From assembly GCF_000281045.1 (NCBI RefSeq), contig NW_008246082.1, positions 480,448 through 544,447 on the forward strand: a DNA stretch of 64,000 bases, in the 5' to 3' direction. The notes below the pieces were generated by a model. That model had not been told where the DNA came from. It ran no database searches and saw nothing but the letters and a program-made list of their open reading frames with translations. A program made the position numbers and the translations under genes. Positions 35,167 to 49,276 of this stretch are shown in pieces. How positions within the stretch are numbered: the first letter of the stretch is position 1; each line of letters starts with the position of its first letter. The DNA comes from Saprolegnia diclina VS20 (Eukaryota).

Positions 35167-38100
35167 ATGTCGATGCCTTGGAAGATATCACAGTCGACGC
35201 CGATGCTCAATCAGCTCTATCCAGCGTCCGAAAGGCAGTCCACACTTCTTCCTTGTGAGGCAGGACAAGCTGCGTTCACTCTCGTTGAAGAGGACGATTG
35301 CTCGTCAGTCGCAGAGAGTTCGGTTTCCGAGCCACCCGAGAACGAGCCCCTCAATGAATTTGTCCAGATCAGCCGCACGGTGACGACCAACGCCGAGTCT
35401 TACCGAACCTTGGAGATGTACGAATGTCGACTCTCCAGCTCTGAAGGCAATTTTTGTGGATTATTAGTCTGAACCGAAATGCTGTTGTCAAGCTCCGCGA
35501 CCAAGCCAAGCTGATCGAACGCCTCAAGAGCGAGAAAGTTGCCTTAGAAGAACGCGTTCGGAGCCTTCAGCAAGACGTCCAGCTCAAGCAGCAGGTACAC
35601 ACTGCCGATGACATACATACCGTCATACTGGATATGTAGATGGGGCACAGCATTGCGCTCGCAAAGCGTGGGCCTGAGCGTAACTTGCCACAGCTCGACA
35701 CGGGTCGAAACGAAGGCATCTCCATCCGTACAGAAACACGCACTAAGCTCGAGCTAAAACATGTCATAGCTCGCTCGCCAGCACGACCACATTCAACACC
35801 CGCGTCCAGTCCGCGAGGTTGTGCGCAAATATTTTCGTACAATGCACGAGACGACATATATAGGCGCCTCTCCACGTGCCGTCATGTCGCCTGATCGCAG
35901 TGCAGCGATGACACCCACGGAACTTCGGGAAGTGCAAGGTTTGCGTTTAAAAGTGCACCATCTCGAAATCGAGAAGAAGAAACGCAACGACGAGTTTACC
36001 GCGCAGACTAAAATCTACGCTCGAAAGGTGCAAAAGCTCGAACAAGAGGTATCGATTGTTGCATGTATCAGCGCAGAGAAATTAAATCGGTGATGTAGCT
36101 CGCAGAGCTTGACACCCGTTTACGCGAGCGCGACACGCAGATTCGAATGCTCGAAATACGAGCGCAGCACCAAAGCCAAGAGCTACATGGTAAATTACAT
36201 GCGCCTTCACTTTGGAGATCAACGAATGGACCTATAGGCAACCTCGTGTCGCCACGTATGCTCACGGACGCGATATGGGGCAACGTCGTACCGCTAAAGA
36301 CGCATGTCGAGCCCGTGCATACAAAGTCCGATGTTGGTGCAGCATTTGACGAGCTCTTGACAAGCAAACTCCTCGACACGCTGCAAAATCTGCCGGGGCA
36401 CTACACGAACCAATGGCTTCATGAAGTCAAGGTATCGCTTCCTTCACAGCATGGACTCTGATCTCTCTTCTAGGAAACCGCAACAAAGCTAGCGGTTGTT
36501 CACGCAGGGTTCAAAGCTCTCGCCGGGTCTTTCCAACGTGCAGCAGCGAGCACGAGCTTGTACGACCTCGTGCAGCTCATGTCCACCGAAGCGCTCGCGC
36601 TCGTTGGCGCCGAAGAGGTTGCCTGCATGACACACGCATCAATTGGGTCAAATGCGTCGTAGGCATTCGTGTTTGTCGTCGATCAATTCCAGAAGAACGA
36701 ACTGTGGTGTCGCAGCATGCGCGGTGACGGGGAGCTCGTGACGTCGCGCTTCCAGATCCCGCCCGTGTCTGTCGCGCTGCAATCGTCCTACAGCGAATAC
36801 ATGGCACATCAACCTGCAAAGCACACGCACCACAAGTCGACCGTGCGGCGCTATTTACCGAGATGTCGCTGAAATCTCATTTAGACGCCCGCGATACCAG
36901 GACGTACCGAGTACCACCGTGCTGAAGCGTTCGTTGGCGCATCTGTGCCCGCGGTCGTACTTCCACACGCTTTGCTACATACAGCGCCGGGTTTTGCGCC
37001 TTATGCGTATCACACGCGCGAGACGCTCAACATTCCTGGCTGCAAGATCGCGTCGCATCCACTCTACTCGGGCGACTCGACAAGCACGGACCGGCTCATC
37101 GCACTAAAGAGCTCGGCGACGCTGCTACTGCCCATCTGCAGCTCCGACAGTTTGGAGCCGATTGCGATTTTGCAGGTTCGCCATCAGCGTTTTCGATAAA
37201 TTGTGCCGATAATGGCGTTGTAGGTGTGCGGGAAAACCCAAACGTTTCGTGGCATGGGCATCGAGGTCGAGGTTGAGAACTGCCGCCCCTTCTCACACGA
37301 AGACCAGCTGCTACTCGCTGCCTTTGCCAACTTTTGCGGTGGAATGCTAAAGAAAGTGATGAGCTTTGCCGAGCTCGAGACCAACCGCCGCAGCGAATAC
37401 GTGGGCTTCTTTCTAGACAATGAATGCCATGTCGTCATTCGGCGCGTAGGAGCTCTTGAGCTTGTCGCGACAAATCTTCACGTGCCTCGACTTCAAGAAG
37501 CTCTCAATGCTCGTTATGAAATCGACCAAAGAACTTCTCGACACGGGTAGAGGACCCCGCATCACGACCGTAGTGAGCCCAATTGTATCTTTCTTGTAGA
37601 TCGCTGCACGCTGTTTGTCACAAAGATGACGTCGCCGACAGGTATATACATCCTAACACGGCGTCTCTAACCTCGGTACTAGAGACGGTGCTGAGTGCAT
37701 GGCAGTCAGACATGGGCACCGGCAGCATCGATTTTCACAAAGGTACCATGATAAGATTTCCTTTGGTCGAAATTCTTACATTTTGCCAGGCACGGAAATC
37801 GTAGTTCGACATGGCGAAGGCATTGCTGGGGCGTGCGCCGAGCTGCGTTCGCTCGTGAACGTTCCCGATGCCTACGAGGACAAGCGCTTCAACCGCGTAC
37901 GCGTTCCACTGTTTCTTATGTTTGCTTGATCGCGTTTTCACTAGGCCTATGACGAAAAAACAAAGTACCGCACCAAGAGCATCCTTGCCGCCCCCATAAT
38001 GAGCTCCAAGTCAACGCTTCTCGGCGTCATCCAAATGATCAACAAGTCGGGCGGGACGCCATTCCGTGCCAAAGACGAAGAGCACCTTGTCGTCGTCGCA

Positions 38101-40781
38101 CAGCTCATTGCCCTCGCCATGGAGAACAGCAATCTCTTCCAGAAGACGCAGGTTTTTACGCATCCTCGATGCGCGTTTGTATCCAGGCTCGTAGGACGTG
38201 AGCCGATGCATCGGCACGTACATTCGGCACTTGCATCTGAACGAAGCGCTGCTCAACCTGAGCGCTGCTGCCGAAGACATTGTCGGCGTCCAAGGCGCGA
38301 CCATCTACCTTGTCGATGAGCGTACGAACGAGCTCTTTACGTTTCACAAAGTCCGCAAGACGCGCATCGACATTCGTCCGTCGAGCTACAAGCACGCCAT
38401 TGACCCAAGTCCTTCCTGCAGGCTAATAGACAGCATATGATGTAGGGGCAGCATCATGGAAGAGGCCATGACCAAGCGCACAGTTGTCATTGTCAACAAC
38501 ACAGGCATGTGTCTCCATTACAACCCTGCCGTCGACGCCATCAACGGCATTGCGGCCCACCAAGTAGACTATCTTGTGCTTGGAATTGGTCGCGGTATAC
38601 GAGGCTAGATCATGTTTGTGCCCCTCTTCCAGTACGGGAAGAACCACTTCCAAGACAAGATATTTATCGGTCTCGTGCACTTGATCAACCGGAAGGGCAC
38701 TGTGCACGACTTTGACGAAGACGACTCACTCGTGGCCATTGTTGCCAACCAAGCGGCGGGCATCCTCACGAGCATCATGGAGCGACAGGTGCTGAGGCTC
38801 CACGGATCGAATCCTCATTTCGTTGCCATTGTAGAACAATCTGCAACTGCACGAAGATACCAAGGTGCGTCGTGTGCAGTGGTGATGTAGACGTTCATGG
38901 ATGTTGTAGCTTTTGCTGGAGACGTGCATGTCGTTCTACAAGGAGCTCAATCCGCTTGGCGTCATGAACGCCGTCTACAATGCTGCGACGGCCACGTTTT
39001 CGATTGAGCAAGGTCATTTGTGGCTCCTGAACGAAGACAAGTCGAGCCTATGGACGCCCAAGGTGCACCACGGCTGCATAGTTTGTACACATGACAAATA
39101 CCTAGCTCTTGCCGCCCGAGGAGCTTCAGTTTGCCAACCCATCGCTCCTTCGTCGGTTCTCGGTTTCGACAAGCGACCGTCTCGAAGTGCCTTGCATCGA
39201 AGGTAGTTCGAGACCGACGGATTCGAGTGACTTGGTTCTTAGGTCTTCTCAAGCGCGTGGTGCAAGAAGGCCGCATGATCTGCGTGCGCCGATGGGACCT
39301 CATCGTACGTGGTCTTCGATTCCGCCGTAACTGTACGGTTGTCCTAGGGGGAAGCCAACCACATTGAAGGGGTCCAGCGGATCACAGCCACGGACCGAGC
39401 GGCCGGTTTTACCGACTTTGCCGTCACCGCCGCGCCAGTATGGGACTCATTTGGAATTGAAATACTCGGGGTACTCATGCTCTTGGTACGTCTCTGTATT
39501 GCGAGGCGCCGCTTACGATAAGACTGCATTCATCTAATTCTAGTATCCTCGCGGCCGCAGCTTGCACCGTCTGGAGCTATCCAAGATTCCAATCTTCACA
39601 CGCCAGGTATCCCGTATATCATTAGGTGAAGCATCGCTGATTTACCTCGTAGATCACTGGGGCGCTCATGGTGTGTCGTGAAGTGTCGCGCCACCTCCAT
39701 CACGTGCGGCGATTGGAGTCCATGCTGCGGGGCTATGGCCACGGCGACTTTCCGCCACCCAACTGCTACTCGTCACTTCCTGGAAGTCCTGCGCATGTGG
39801 CCGCGCACGTCTTTTCGCTCGCCATCGAGATTGACGCCCACGGCTGGCTCAAGACGCAAACGTATCCGATCAATCTCTTTAGCAAAACGTTCTCGCTCAA
39901 GTCGCGCACCGAGCTGCTCCGACTGCCTATGGACTCAATCGGCAATCGGCACGTGATGCAAGTGACCAACAGCCCTCGCGCCGTCTTTGCAAAGGAGCAC
40001 TTTGACAAATGGTATGTGGACTTCGCGCCGCTCCACAAGTATGATTCGTGCTCGGTAGGGTCGGGCATGAGATTGCCTTTGGCGACTGGGAAAAGGTCAA
40101 GTATGACATTCACAACGCGTTGAGTCGAAAGGAGACGCTGAGCGCCTATTATGGCAGCTCGCGAAGCGGCCGTAAAGTTACGTTGGCACCGCTCTCGACG
40201 TCGCTCCCGACGCCGCGCTTGGGCGACGAGGACGGACGACCGCTTTGGGATCTCTCGGACCACATTCGGCACGAAGTCGCGTCGTTCCTATGGCTCTTTT
40301 GCACCAAGGACCTCCGTATCGAGTGGTCACAAGTGTTTGCCCTCTTTATGCCATACGACAAAGAAGTCACAGGCACGGTCGAGCCGCTCCATTTCGAGCA
40401 CGTGCTGAAAGCCTGTGGCGTGCATCTCAACCACCATGTACGATCGCAATTGCGGCGACAACTCACATGATGCGCGTAGGAGCACGACGCCCTCGGCAAG
40501 ATGTTTGCCGTCTACGCCAAGCCCGAGAAAGGCCAGCTGGTCGATATGGACGGCGCGTACGTCATCCTGTACAGGTCGCCTCTCTTCTCCGCATCAAAAA
40601 GCAAGGGAACTTACAGTCACATAGAGAATTGTTCCAGTCCTTGGCGCCCAGCTTTATCAAGCACACGCAGTTTGACTACGAAATTTTTCCGACGCTCAAC
40701 GCGACGACGCACGCGGTATCTAGCATCCAACTCATCTTGTCGCCGACGGGCGCCGAATTTACGACCATCTCGACGCTTTAA
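35167..40781 (+). CDS. Large coiled-coil plus tandem GAF (about 4) plus EF-hand-like protein; no catalytic domain seen
   Basis: PDE-type GAF motifs: GEGIAGACAELRSLVNVPDAYEDKRFN..DEKTKYRTKSILAAPI..GVIQMINKSGGTPFRAKDE; a further GAF with HLINRKG..DFDEDD; EF-like YDKEVTGTVEPLHF. Start approximate. Confidence 0.75.
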
Positions 40782-40814
40782 TGCACCATCGTGTTGATAT
40801 TGATTCGAGCTGGA

Positions 40815-41613
40815 TCATTCGTCCTTTGTAGCCGCCGCCGCTGGCGTCGAGAGCATGCGCACAACCGTTGCGACGTGCATGAGGCCGATAAGGATGCACG
40901 CTGCGAGCTGCCCGGTCGGGCCAAAGTTGGTCTTGCCCCAGCCGCCGCTGTAAAAGCCAAGGCAAAGCGCGGCGCCTACACCGTGGAGATCAAAGAGAGG
41001 AAGGAGACGCATAGTGCTACCGGAAAGCAAGAAGGAAATCGCGCCTGCGATGCGATGCGGGAGGTCCTTGGGGTTCTTCTGACCACGCTTGAGCACCCCC
41101 TACACACAGCACCATGTGAACCGTTTGGACGCAAATAAGCTCTGACATACCCCAACGTAGTTGAGGAGGTAGCCGCCCACGGCCGCGCACCCGACCAGCG
41201 AGTGCGTCGTCTGGAAGTGCGGCCATCCGTTCCGCTCCTTGTTGACGTAAATGGCGCCAAAGCCCGCCACCATGAGCAGCACCGTTGCTGTCTGCATGTA
41301 CACGTGCCACTCGAGAAGCCCCGACCTACGGAAGAGGATACGTATCCGTGTGTATGCATGGAACGTACCGCTTGGCAAAGTTGGCTTCCGCGCGCCGACT
41401 GCTCATGGCCAAGAGCGCTCTAGGCACGATACATTATGAGAGGTGGCGTGCGCTAATGCAAGCAGCAGCGTACGAAGGCGTCGTGAGAAGGTACGCCAGC
41501 GTGAAGCAGACGGGGTGCCACGAGAAGAGCACGATGGGCTTGGCCACGAGGGCCATGTAGGCGACCCACGCGCACACGCCCGCGCCAAGTGCGATCGCTG
41601 TCCCGTGCAACAT
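40815..41613 (-). CDS. Cytochrome b561 family protein (CYB561D-like)
   Basis: LFSWHPVCF, WHVYMQ, HFQTTHSLVG and PHRIAG provide four heme-ligand His in TM helices. Confidence 0.85.
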
Positions 41614-41644
41614 GATGCAAAATGCAAACTGACACGTGCACACA

Positions 41645-41654
41645 TATCCGGATA
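41645..41654. promoter_or_regulatory. Perfect TATCCGGATA palindrome upstream of cytochrome b561
   Basis: 10-bp palindrome about 30 bp upstream of the minus-strand ATG at 41613. Confidence 0.55.
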
Positions 41655-42115
41655 CATGTACGTGGATGCCGCAAATCTCACGAAGTTCCTTCCGGCCGCA
41701 GCTCTTGAAGCGGGTTTAGGGTACCGCCCATCGCGTGCTTCCGACGATGGACTGACGACGTTTAGAGGTCACAAAGACCCAGCGCATACTCACATATCGT
41801 ACCCTCTACTACTCTGTAGCTTGCCAGCGTGCCCGAGACGCATCATTAAAGCGTGATGACGAGTCCCTTGGCGTAAATCAACAATTGCCCTTGTCGTGCC
41901 GAATGCCCAGAGTTAAGGACTCGTCTCCTCTCTGTAAAGATATGGGCGTAGTACTTTGTGCTTGGTACTACCTGCCCTTGGAGCGAGGCGAGCGGTGGCC
42001 ATCAAGTTGGGTGCAATTAGACCCGCCCTGCGCTGGCCGGCTGCCACGCACGCGATTTTGGCGACCATCCGGATACGCGCCGGCCATTGGCTATTGCCGA
42101 AACCAAGGCGCCAAG

Positions 42116-43902
42116 ATGATGCGAATGAATGGCAAAGGGAAGAAGCGCAAGATCGCGTCGGTCGACGACGAGATCGAGAGCGTGAACGCACTGCTGCAAG
42201 GCGACACGACCGCGCGTGGTACGTCGTGCTGCTACTTGCCATGTCTCTCATAGGCGTGAGCAGAGTCGTGGCAGATTGGCAAGCGGCTCAAGACGCTCAT
42301 CGATGCGCACCCGGGCATGACCGACGAGCAAATGGGCAACACGCTTTGCATGTGGGGCACGGCGATTTCGCGCATTGCGACCGAGAACGATGACGCGACG
42401 CTCGCCGAGGCGGCCGTCGACAAGTTTGAACAAGCCCTCAAGCTCCTCGGGAAGGACGAGATGGGGCCGTACGGCATGGCGCTCTACGGCAGCACGTCGA
42501 TGGTCGTCGCGACCGAAAAGCAAGACCGGTACGTCTCCTATTCGAGGCGGTGGGCACGTCTGGACTTGGCATTTTATGGTGTAGGCATGTCCTGGAGGCG
42601 GCGCTGCAGCAATTCCAAATGGCCGTCGACATGGACACACCCGAAGCGTTCGAGTCCCACTTCCAGTACGCAAAGGCGCTCAAGGAAGGCTCGCATCTTG
42701 TGCAGCACCTTCTCGAGAGTACGTCTTCTCCACTTGGACATCCGAAGCTCAGGCACGATATAGATGGCGCGGACGAGGACAAGGCGCTGCAGTCGCCGCA
42801 GCAGCTGCAGGAAAAGGTTGTCCCTTTCGTTGCTGCCGTATAGATGTAGCAAGGACACGATAGGCGCTCGGTATCTGCAAGCATCTTCTCCAGCACCACG
42901 CCGATGTGCTTGGTCAACCGACGACGTCGTCCGACGATGTGCTCGGTACTCGAGTCCCAAACGAGTCCTTGGCTTATTTTCGAAAACAGCCAAAGCCGCG
43001 GGTGACGACGACGAAGAAGAAGACTGCGTCACGACCGAAGACATGTCGGAAGTCATTTTGCTCCAAGCGCAGCTCATGGCGCTGCTCTCGGTGGACGACC
43101 CGGTGACGATCTTTACCACGTTCAAGCAGTCGTACAGTGCGTCATCTCAAACAGAATTGTACTAGTATCTTAACTGGCGTGTGCATAGACATTTTCGGCG
43201 AAAACTACAACGCGCTCATTGAAATGAACGCGTTCCTCATCCAAGTGCCAAGTACGTTTCTTTTGTCTAGTTGCACGCCATCTCTCATGTGCGCAGAGGG
43301 CGACGATGCGATTACGTGGGTCCAACACCTCGCTTTTGTCGCGACCGAGTTCAAGAAGGTCCTCCTCTCGATCGAGTTTGATACGACCAAATGCGACGTA
43401 CGCTGTTTTCCAGGTATTAATAGATAGTGTGCTGATGAAAATGGTGTATAGCACGTGATTCGCTTTTGCATGGAGGACGAGCTCGACGCGTTTGACGAGC
43501 GGGCGCCCAAGCTCCTCGACTGTCTTGGCCGGAACCTCCTCGAACAGCTCAAGTGCTATCGCGAAAAGCAGGATGTGCTCGCCGCCGAGACCATCTTGAC
43601 GCTGCGTACTGCGCACCACCTCCACGACCAGTTTGGGTGCTACCCCCTCGCCACGCTCTTTGCCCACCCCCTCTACGTGAACGCCACGGTACGTCCATGC
43701 CATAGTGTGGGCTATGGATGTATCGAGATGTGATATATGGATGTAGGAGTGCCATACGTGGATGGAGACGTGCGAAAGCTACGGCGTTCTTGACGAAGAG
43801 TTCAACGCGGCCGAGTTTGCGTCCATGGAGAGCGAGACGTGGTACCAGCAGTTTGTCGCCGGCGGAAAGCTCAAGCCCACCGAAGCCACCGTGGTCGAGT
43901 AA
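42116..43902 (+). CDS. TPR-like helical-repeat hypothetical protein with N-terminal basic NLS-like patch, multi-exon
   Basis: KGKKRK; WGTAISRIA..LAEAAVDKFEQALKL; LEAALQQFQMAV..FQYAKAL; TAA at 43900-43902. Confidence 0.6.
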
Positions 43903-44047
43903 CTTTTTAACTGCTTACTATTGCTCGAAATAAGGCTTATCTGTTGCACTGCCCATGCCGTTTGGCACTGCGACAACGTGCATCTTGAACTGATGTGTTC
44001 GATGACAATTTGTACACAACGTCAGTAGCGTTGGTCTCGGGTTCGGA

Positions 44048-47000
44048 TTAGAGGTACAAGCGAGTGCCACAGAGAACCCTTGTCTGGAGCTCTTGGCGAA
44101 TCGCCCACACGGGGTTGCACCCATTCTCTGGTGCAGAGGTATACTCGAGCGTGAGCCACCCCGCGCGCCGAGGGCCATCCTCGGGGCCTCCGTCTTCCTG
44201 GATAACAATCTCATTTGTCGCAGTGTTGCAGTGCCCACAACTGTACCTTGGTCCAGCTGATGGGCAACTGCCAGCCAGGGATCGGGGGCTCGCTGCGCTG
44301 CCACGCAAAGGTTTCGTTGATCCAGTTTTCACCCTATGCGACGTTAGTCTTCCGCCGGTGAATGGAATGGAGGCGTACGGGCTCGGTCACGGCCAGTGCC
44401 ACGTAGATCTTGGCAAGCTCACGCTCGTCGCGCACGGCCAGATCGAGCTCATAGTACCGGTCGGGGACCTTGGGATTGAGAATGTTGAGCCAACCGAGGC
44501 TTCGCGCCACCTCCTTCTGCTCTGGCAAGCTCAGCGCGTCCAGTATCTACGACACACTTGATAGAGCCCGAGAGGCTATGTCGCGTACGGTGGCAAAGTT
44601 CTCGAGGTCGATGATGCGGGCAAACAGGACGCGGACCGCCTCCGCCTTGCCATGGTGCAGCGTCGGCATGCAGTCGATGATTTCGTGCGCCTACTCCCAG
44701 TCATATTGCGTTCGTCTTGGGAAGAGTATACTTGGTTGACCGAGAGCCAGCGGTCACCAATGGCCGTCTCGATCTGAAAGAGCTTGTCGCGGACACTCTC
44801 GAATGTTATGTGCCGAATGTGAAACACCTGCGCAATGTATATGAAGCGCGTAGCGAGTGTCGAAGCGCCGACCTCGGTCACGCGGTGCAGCCACGCCTTC
44901 ATCTTGCGATGCCGCACGGCGTTGCGCACGAGGCCCCAACGCTGGCGCACCGTCAGCAGGGGCATCTTGGGTCGCTGCAGCTCGACCGAGCTCTCGCGGC
45001 CGATCTGCTGCACGAGCTGCTGGAAGCGCCGCGTGGACATGGGCTTGGTGCCCCGCTTGGGCCGCGACGTCGAAACATAGTCGAATTCGAGCTTGCCCTT
45101 GGACGGTACGTTCTATCCTCAATCGCATCATACGACAACCGATGGCATTGCTTAGTCGACTTGCCTGGAAGAAGGCCGACGTGAGCACGACGGGCTTGCC
45201 GTCAAAGAGTTCGTTGCGGAAGTTTTCCCAGTTGCCGTGCTGGGACGTGTCTGTCATACTGTTGGTACAAAACGACGCGGGAGGGTAGTACCGCCCCGAC
45301 AGGACCGGGTTTTTGAAAATTGCTTTTCGGCTTGGGCGATCTCGGCGAGCTTCATGACCGCCTACACCCTTCGATGCAGGTAGCGTCAACCAGCCATCAA
45401 ATACCTGGCGATCCTGTGGGCGACTCAGGTCCAGCTCGTACTTGGCCGTGGGAAGCCCCATGATGGGAAAATACAGCGACCCCATGCGGCTCCGAAGGTG
45501 GTAGCGCTCACGGACGGTCAGCGTATGTTTGACGAGCATGTGCGCTTCCTTGCTCGACACAAGCTGCGGCAGCATCTTAGCGACGCTCCCGACACGCCGC
45601 GCCTCTTGGAGCTCGCCACAAGTCTCCATGAGGACCATGGCCTGCTCGGCACTCATCCGAATATCCGTGTTGTCGACCTACCATATAGAAAAGTATGTGG
45701 GCGGAGACAAATCCGCGGTGGTCGTACCGCGGCACCAAGGAGCTCTTGGTGCTGCTGTTCCACTTTGCCATCCACAACTGTCTTGACGAGCTGCTGCAGC
45801 CCGCGCTCCGAGAGGCCTTTTCAAGCTGCGACAGGCCGACGGAGGGGTAGGGGACGCACCGTAGGACGCGATAATTTCGCGCTCGCTCATGAGTTCTCGC
45901 TCGTAGGAAAAGGTGATGTCGAGGATGCCTGATGCCGGCACCTTCCACACGGCGCCACTGCCTTCCTCCCGCAGAGCCAAAGACGCCACAATGCGGTCTT
46001 GAGCGTTCATTTGTACCCGCTGAATCACCTATGCCGTCAAATAGTGTAAGATATGCGGTGGGCGACGCGCAGAGGACTTGGTTTTTCAAGAGCTCGACAA
46101 ACTCGTCTTCTTCGATCGTGCCGCTACCGTCGACGTCGTAGATCTTCATGGCGCTTTGCACGTCTCGCTCGGTCGGTGCCGCCCCCAGTAGCTACAGGCG
46201 AGTCCATGCAGTTGAACGTGAAATAGGGTGCGCACGTGAAATGCAGCGCGTAGCTCGTTCATGTCGATGGTCCCCGATTGGTTGGTGTCGATGATATGGT
46301 ACACCGCGTGAAAGAGGTCGCTTGTGAGCTCACACGGCTCGATCGCGCCGCTGCGGTCCGCGTCCATTTGCTCAAAGAGCGATTCTAGAGTATTATAAAA
46401 TAGTGTTGCAAGCTGCGAACGCACGGGCTTGGGCGGGGGTCGGGTGGAACCCCAGCTCTCGGAGCACGGTCTGAAGTTCGCCAATGTCGACGGTGCCCGA
46501 CTTGTCCTTGTCAATGTCGGTGAACGTAATGTCCAGAGCACTCTTGAGCGTCCGAGCTACATACAGTCTTTGCCCAAGATCGACCAACATTCCTGCATAC
46601 GTGGCGGCACGAGCTTGATCGGATGCGCTTGCTTGAGCGGTGTCTCTTTGGTCGGGCGGTGCAGAAGTTGCGCAAAGGTGCACCCGCGCTTTGTCGCGGC
46701 GAGGCGTAGTAGCTCGTGCGCAATCATACTCTCGTACGGGTCGGCGCAGTTGAGGCAGTACACGCCGCCGGGCTCCATCGGGTCGAACGTCGTTTGGTTG
46801 CTGTGGTCGTTGAGGCTGCACGCTTTCATCGAGATCGAGCAGCCGCCTACAAAGATAATACGAATATACTATGGCCCAAGGAGGAAGAGGGTAAAACGTA
46901 CTCGGCGTGCCATTTTGCACCATGGCGTACATCAAGATGCGCCCGCCTTCCTTCCCGATATTGTTGCCGTCGAGAATCAGCTTGTGCAAGGTCGCGTTCG

Positions 47001-49276
47001 TGCGTGAGAGCGCCGACGCAATCACAGACGCGCCCTTGCATCGAATGTTGTTGTACGAGAGGTTGAGGACCCGGAGCGACTTGTTGACTTCAAGCGACTG
47101 GCCAAACGCCATTGCTCCTAGGTGCCGCGTGAATGCCTCGGCTCGCAGCGTACACGCACCGGCATCTCCGAGCGCGTTGTAGGCGACGTTGATCTCGTAC
47201 AAGTTGTAGTTGAGCCGCAGCGCATTTGCCAGCGTGACGCCACTATATGCACCCTGCATGTCGTCTCCGTATGTTAAATTCGAGTACCTGGCAAGGCGCA
47301 GAAGGTTCCAAGCAAGATCCAAGTGCGTCAGCGTCAAGTTGACGTTGAGCATGTTCCCGATGGCCTCGCCGCCCGTGATGAGGTCGGGCTGGACGACGTT
47401 GAGGTTCTCGGCCTCGCCGATGCGGTTGCGGCTCAAGCGCAAGTCCACCACGGATTTGTTGCCTAGACAATAAAGTGTCGTGTCGCGATCGGACAGGTTG
47501 TCATCCGCGAAGCAAGTACTTTCAAACGCCGACATGAACGCCGCGCACTCGTGGTCGTCAATGTCGGCGTTGCAGATGCTAAGGTGCGTGACCGTGCACA
47601 GCGTCGACCCAATGTAATGCTTGAGCGTTGACGCGGACGCCGCGCCAATTTCGTTTTGGGAAATGTTGAGTTTGGTCAAATTCGGCTTGGCTTCGAGCGC
47701 GCGAAGAAGCTTGTTGAGAGCTCGGTCCGAGAGGCGGTTGTCGCACACGTTGATTTCTTCGACGAACGGCACGTCGCGCAGCGCTATCGACATTTGTGAA
47801 CGTCGTGTACCGTAAGAACGCAGTTACCCGAGGCAAATTGTACGATAAACTTGTCGCCCAAGCTCTGATATGAAAAGTCAAACGAAGTCGTGTGGTGCTT
47901 TCGGAGGAGAAGCGGCAGCGCGAGGGGAAGGTCCGTGGACGCGAGGCAGTCGCTCAAAAACAGCGTCCGCGGCGACAGTTTGATTTCATTTTCAGTTGCG
48001 ACGCGCTCGAGCCGGTGCGCGTGCACGACAGGCTTGAAGCTGTACTCGGACACGAGCGTCTCGGGTGCACTTGCTTTTGACGCGATCGCAGAGAAGCACT
48101 GGGTCTTGTGATGCATCTTGGTGTACCTACCCCGCCAACTTGATACAAGAAAGAGTATCAACTGAGCAGGTCTACGTGGCATAGAATTTGTCCTTGGCTG
48201 GCGACCCAAAGTACGTGGCTTTGAGCTGGTCTTGGGCGGCGGCTTCTTCATCTTCATCAGCCTCGTCGTCGTCGTTGCCGTCTTCGTCGTCCGAGACAGA
48301 GTTGTCAACTTGAAGGGCAAACCGACGCCGGGCCACGACCGGTGTCGACGGCGCCGACGGGTCTAGCTACAAACCCATTCACGGTGCGAATCCGTCGAAT
48401 CGAGATGGGGAGACCTCGGTGTTGACTTGGGGGGGTGGGTCCGAAAACGTGTACATGCGGGGGCGCACCGCGTACCTAGCGCATGGATCCATGCATGACA
48501 CGAAGCCCCCATCGTCTGCGTCGTACGCTGCGATGGCCGAGTCGCGGGCCCCTACTTTTGTCGCTTGTGCGATAGCATACTTGGAGAGGAGCGCGTCGAT
48601 CTCGTCGTCGTGGCGAAGCATGTGCTGCAGTAGCTGGTCGTGCTCGGCCGACTCGACGAGAGCGGATTTACGGTCGCCGACACTGTGTTGGAGCACGCTC
48701 TTGAGCGGACTCAACTGGGTGGTTGTCGCCGCCTTCTTGGGGCTTCGAAGCGGCGACGTGGCCTGCATGCGACTCGTCTCCGATTTCGAGTCCAGAAGGT
48801 TGGCTTCCCAGCTCACACGACCGCGGTAGCGCAGCTTGGCATCCACCGTCGGCTTGGGGCTAGTGCCCTTGCTTTCGTCTGTCGGAAGGGTGCTATGGCG
48901 ATGCGACGGACTCGGAAACGTCGCAGTGGGCTTGAGTTTGGCTTGCAAGCGGGGCTACGCATAGAGACGATGACCGCGTCAGGGGCATAAATCCGAGGGA
49001 TACCTCGTCATGCTCTGGGAACATGGCGTGCGTCGACGTGTGGCGCGTCGCCTTTGGCAGCTTGAGAAAGTCGGTGGACGGTGCATCAAAGGGCTTGTCG
49101 AGCACGACAACCGGCGCAATGTCGTAGTCCTTGAGCGGGTTTCTACAGCAGTTGCTAAGGTCCTTGCCACGACAAGCCGGGAGGACATACTTGTACCACG
49201 GTAACTTGGACTCGACGTCCTTGGCCTTGCGCTCGTAGAGCTTTTGCATTTGCTGCGCCATGTCATTGTTCATCAT
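44048..49276 (-). CDS. Large RI-type leucine-rich repeat plus multiple EF-hand protein, multi-exon
   Basis: LRRs (LTKLNISQNEIG, LTHLDLAWNLL, LRVLNLSYNNI, LHKLILDGNNIG); EF hands DKDKSGTVDIGE, DADRSGAIEPCE, DTNQSGTIDMNE, DVDGSGTIEEDE. Start approximate. Confidence 0.8.
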
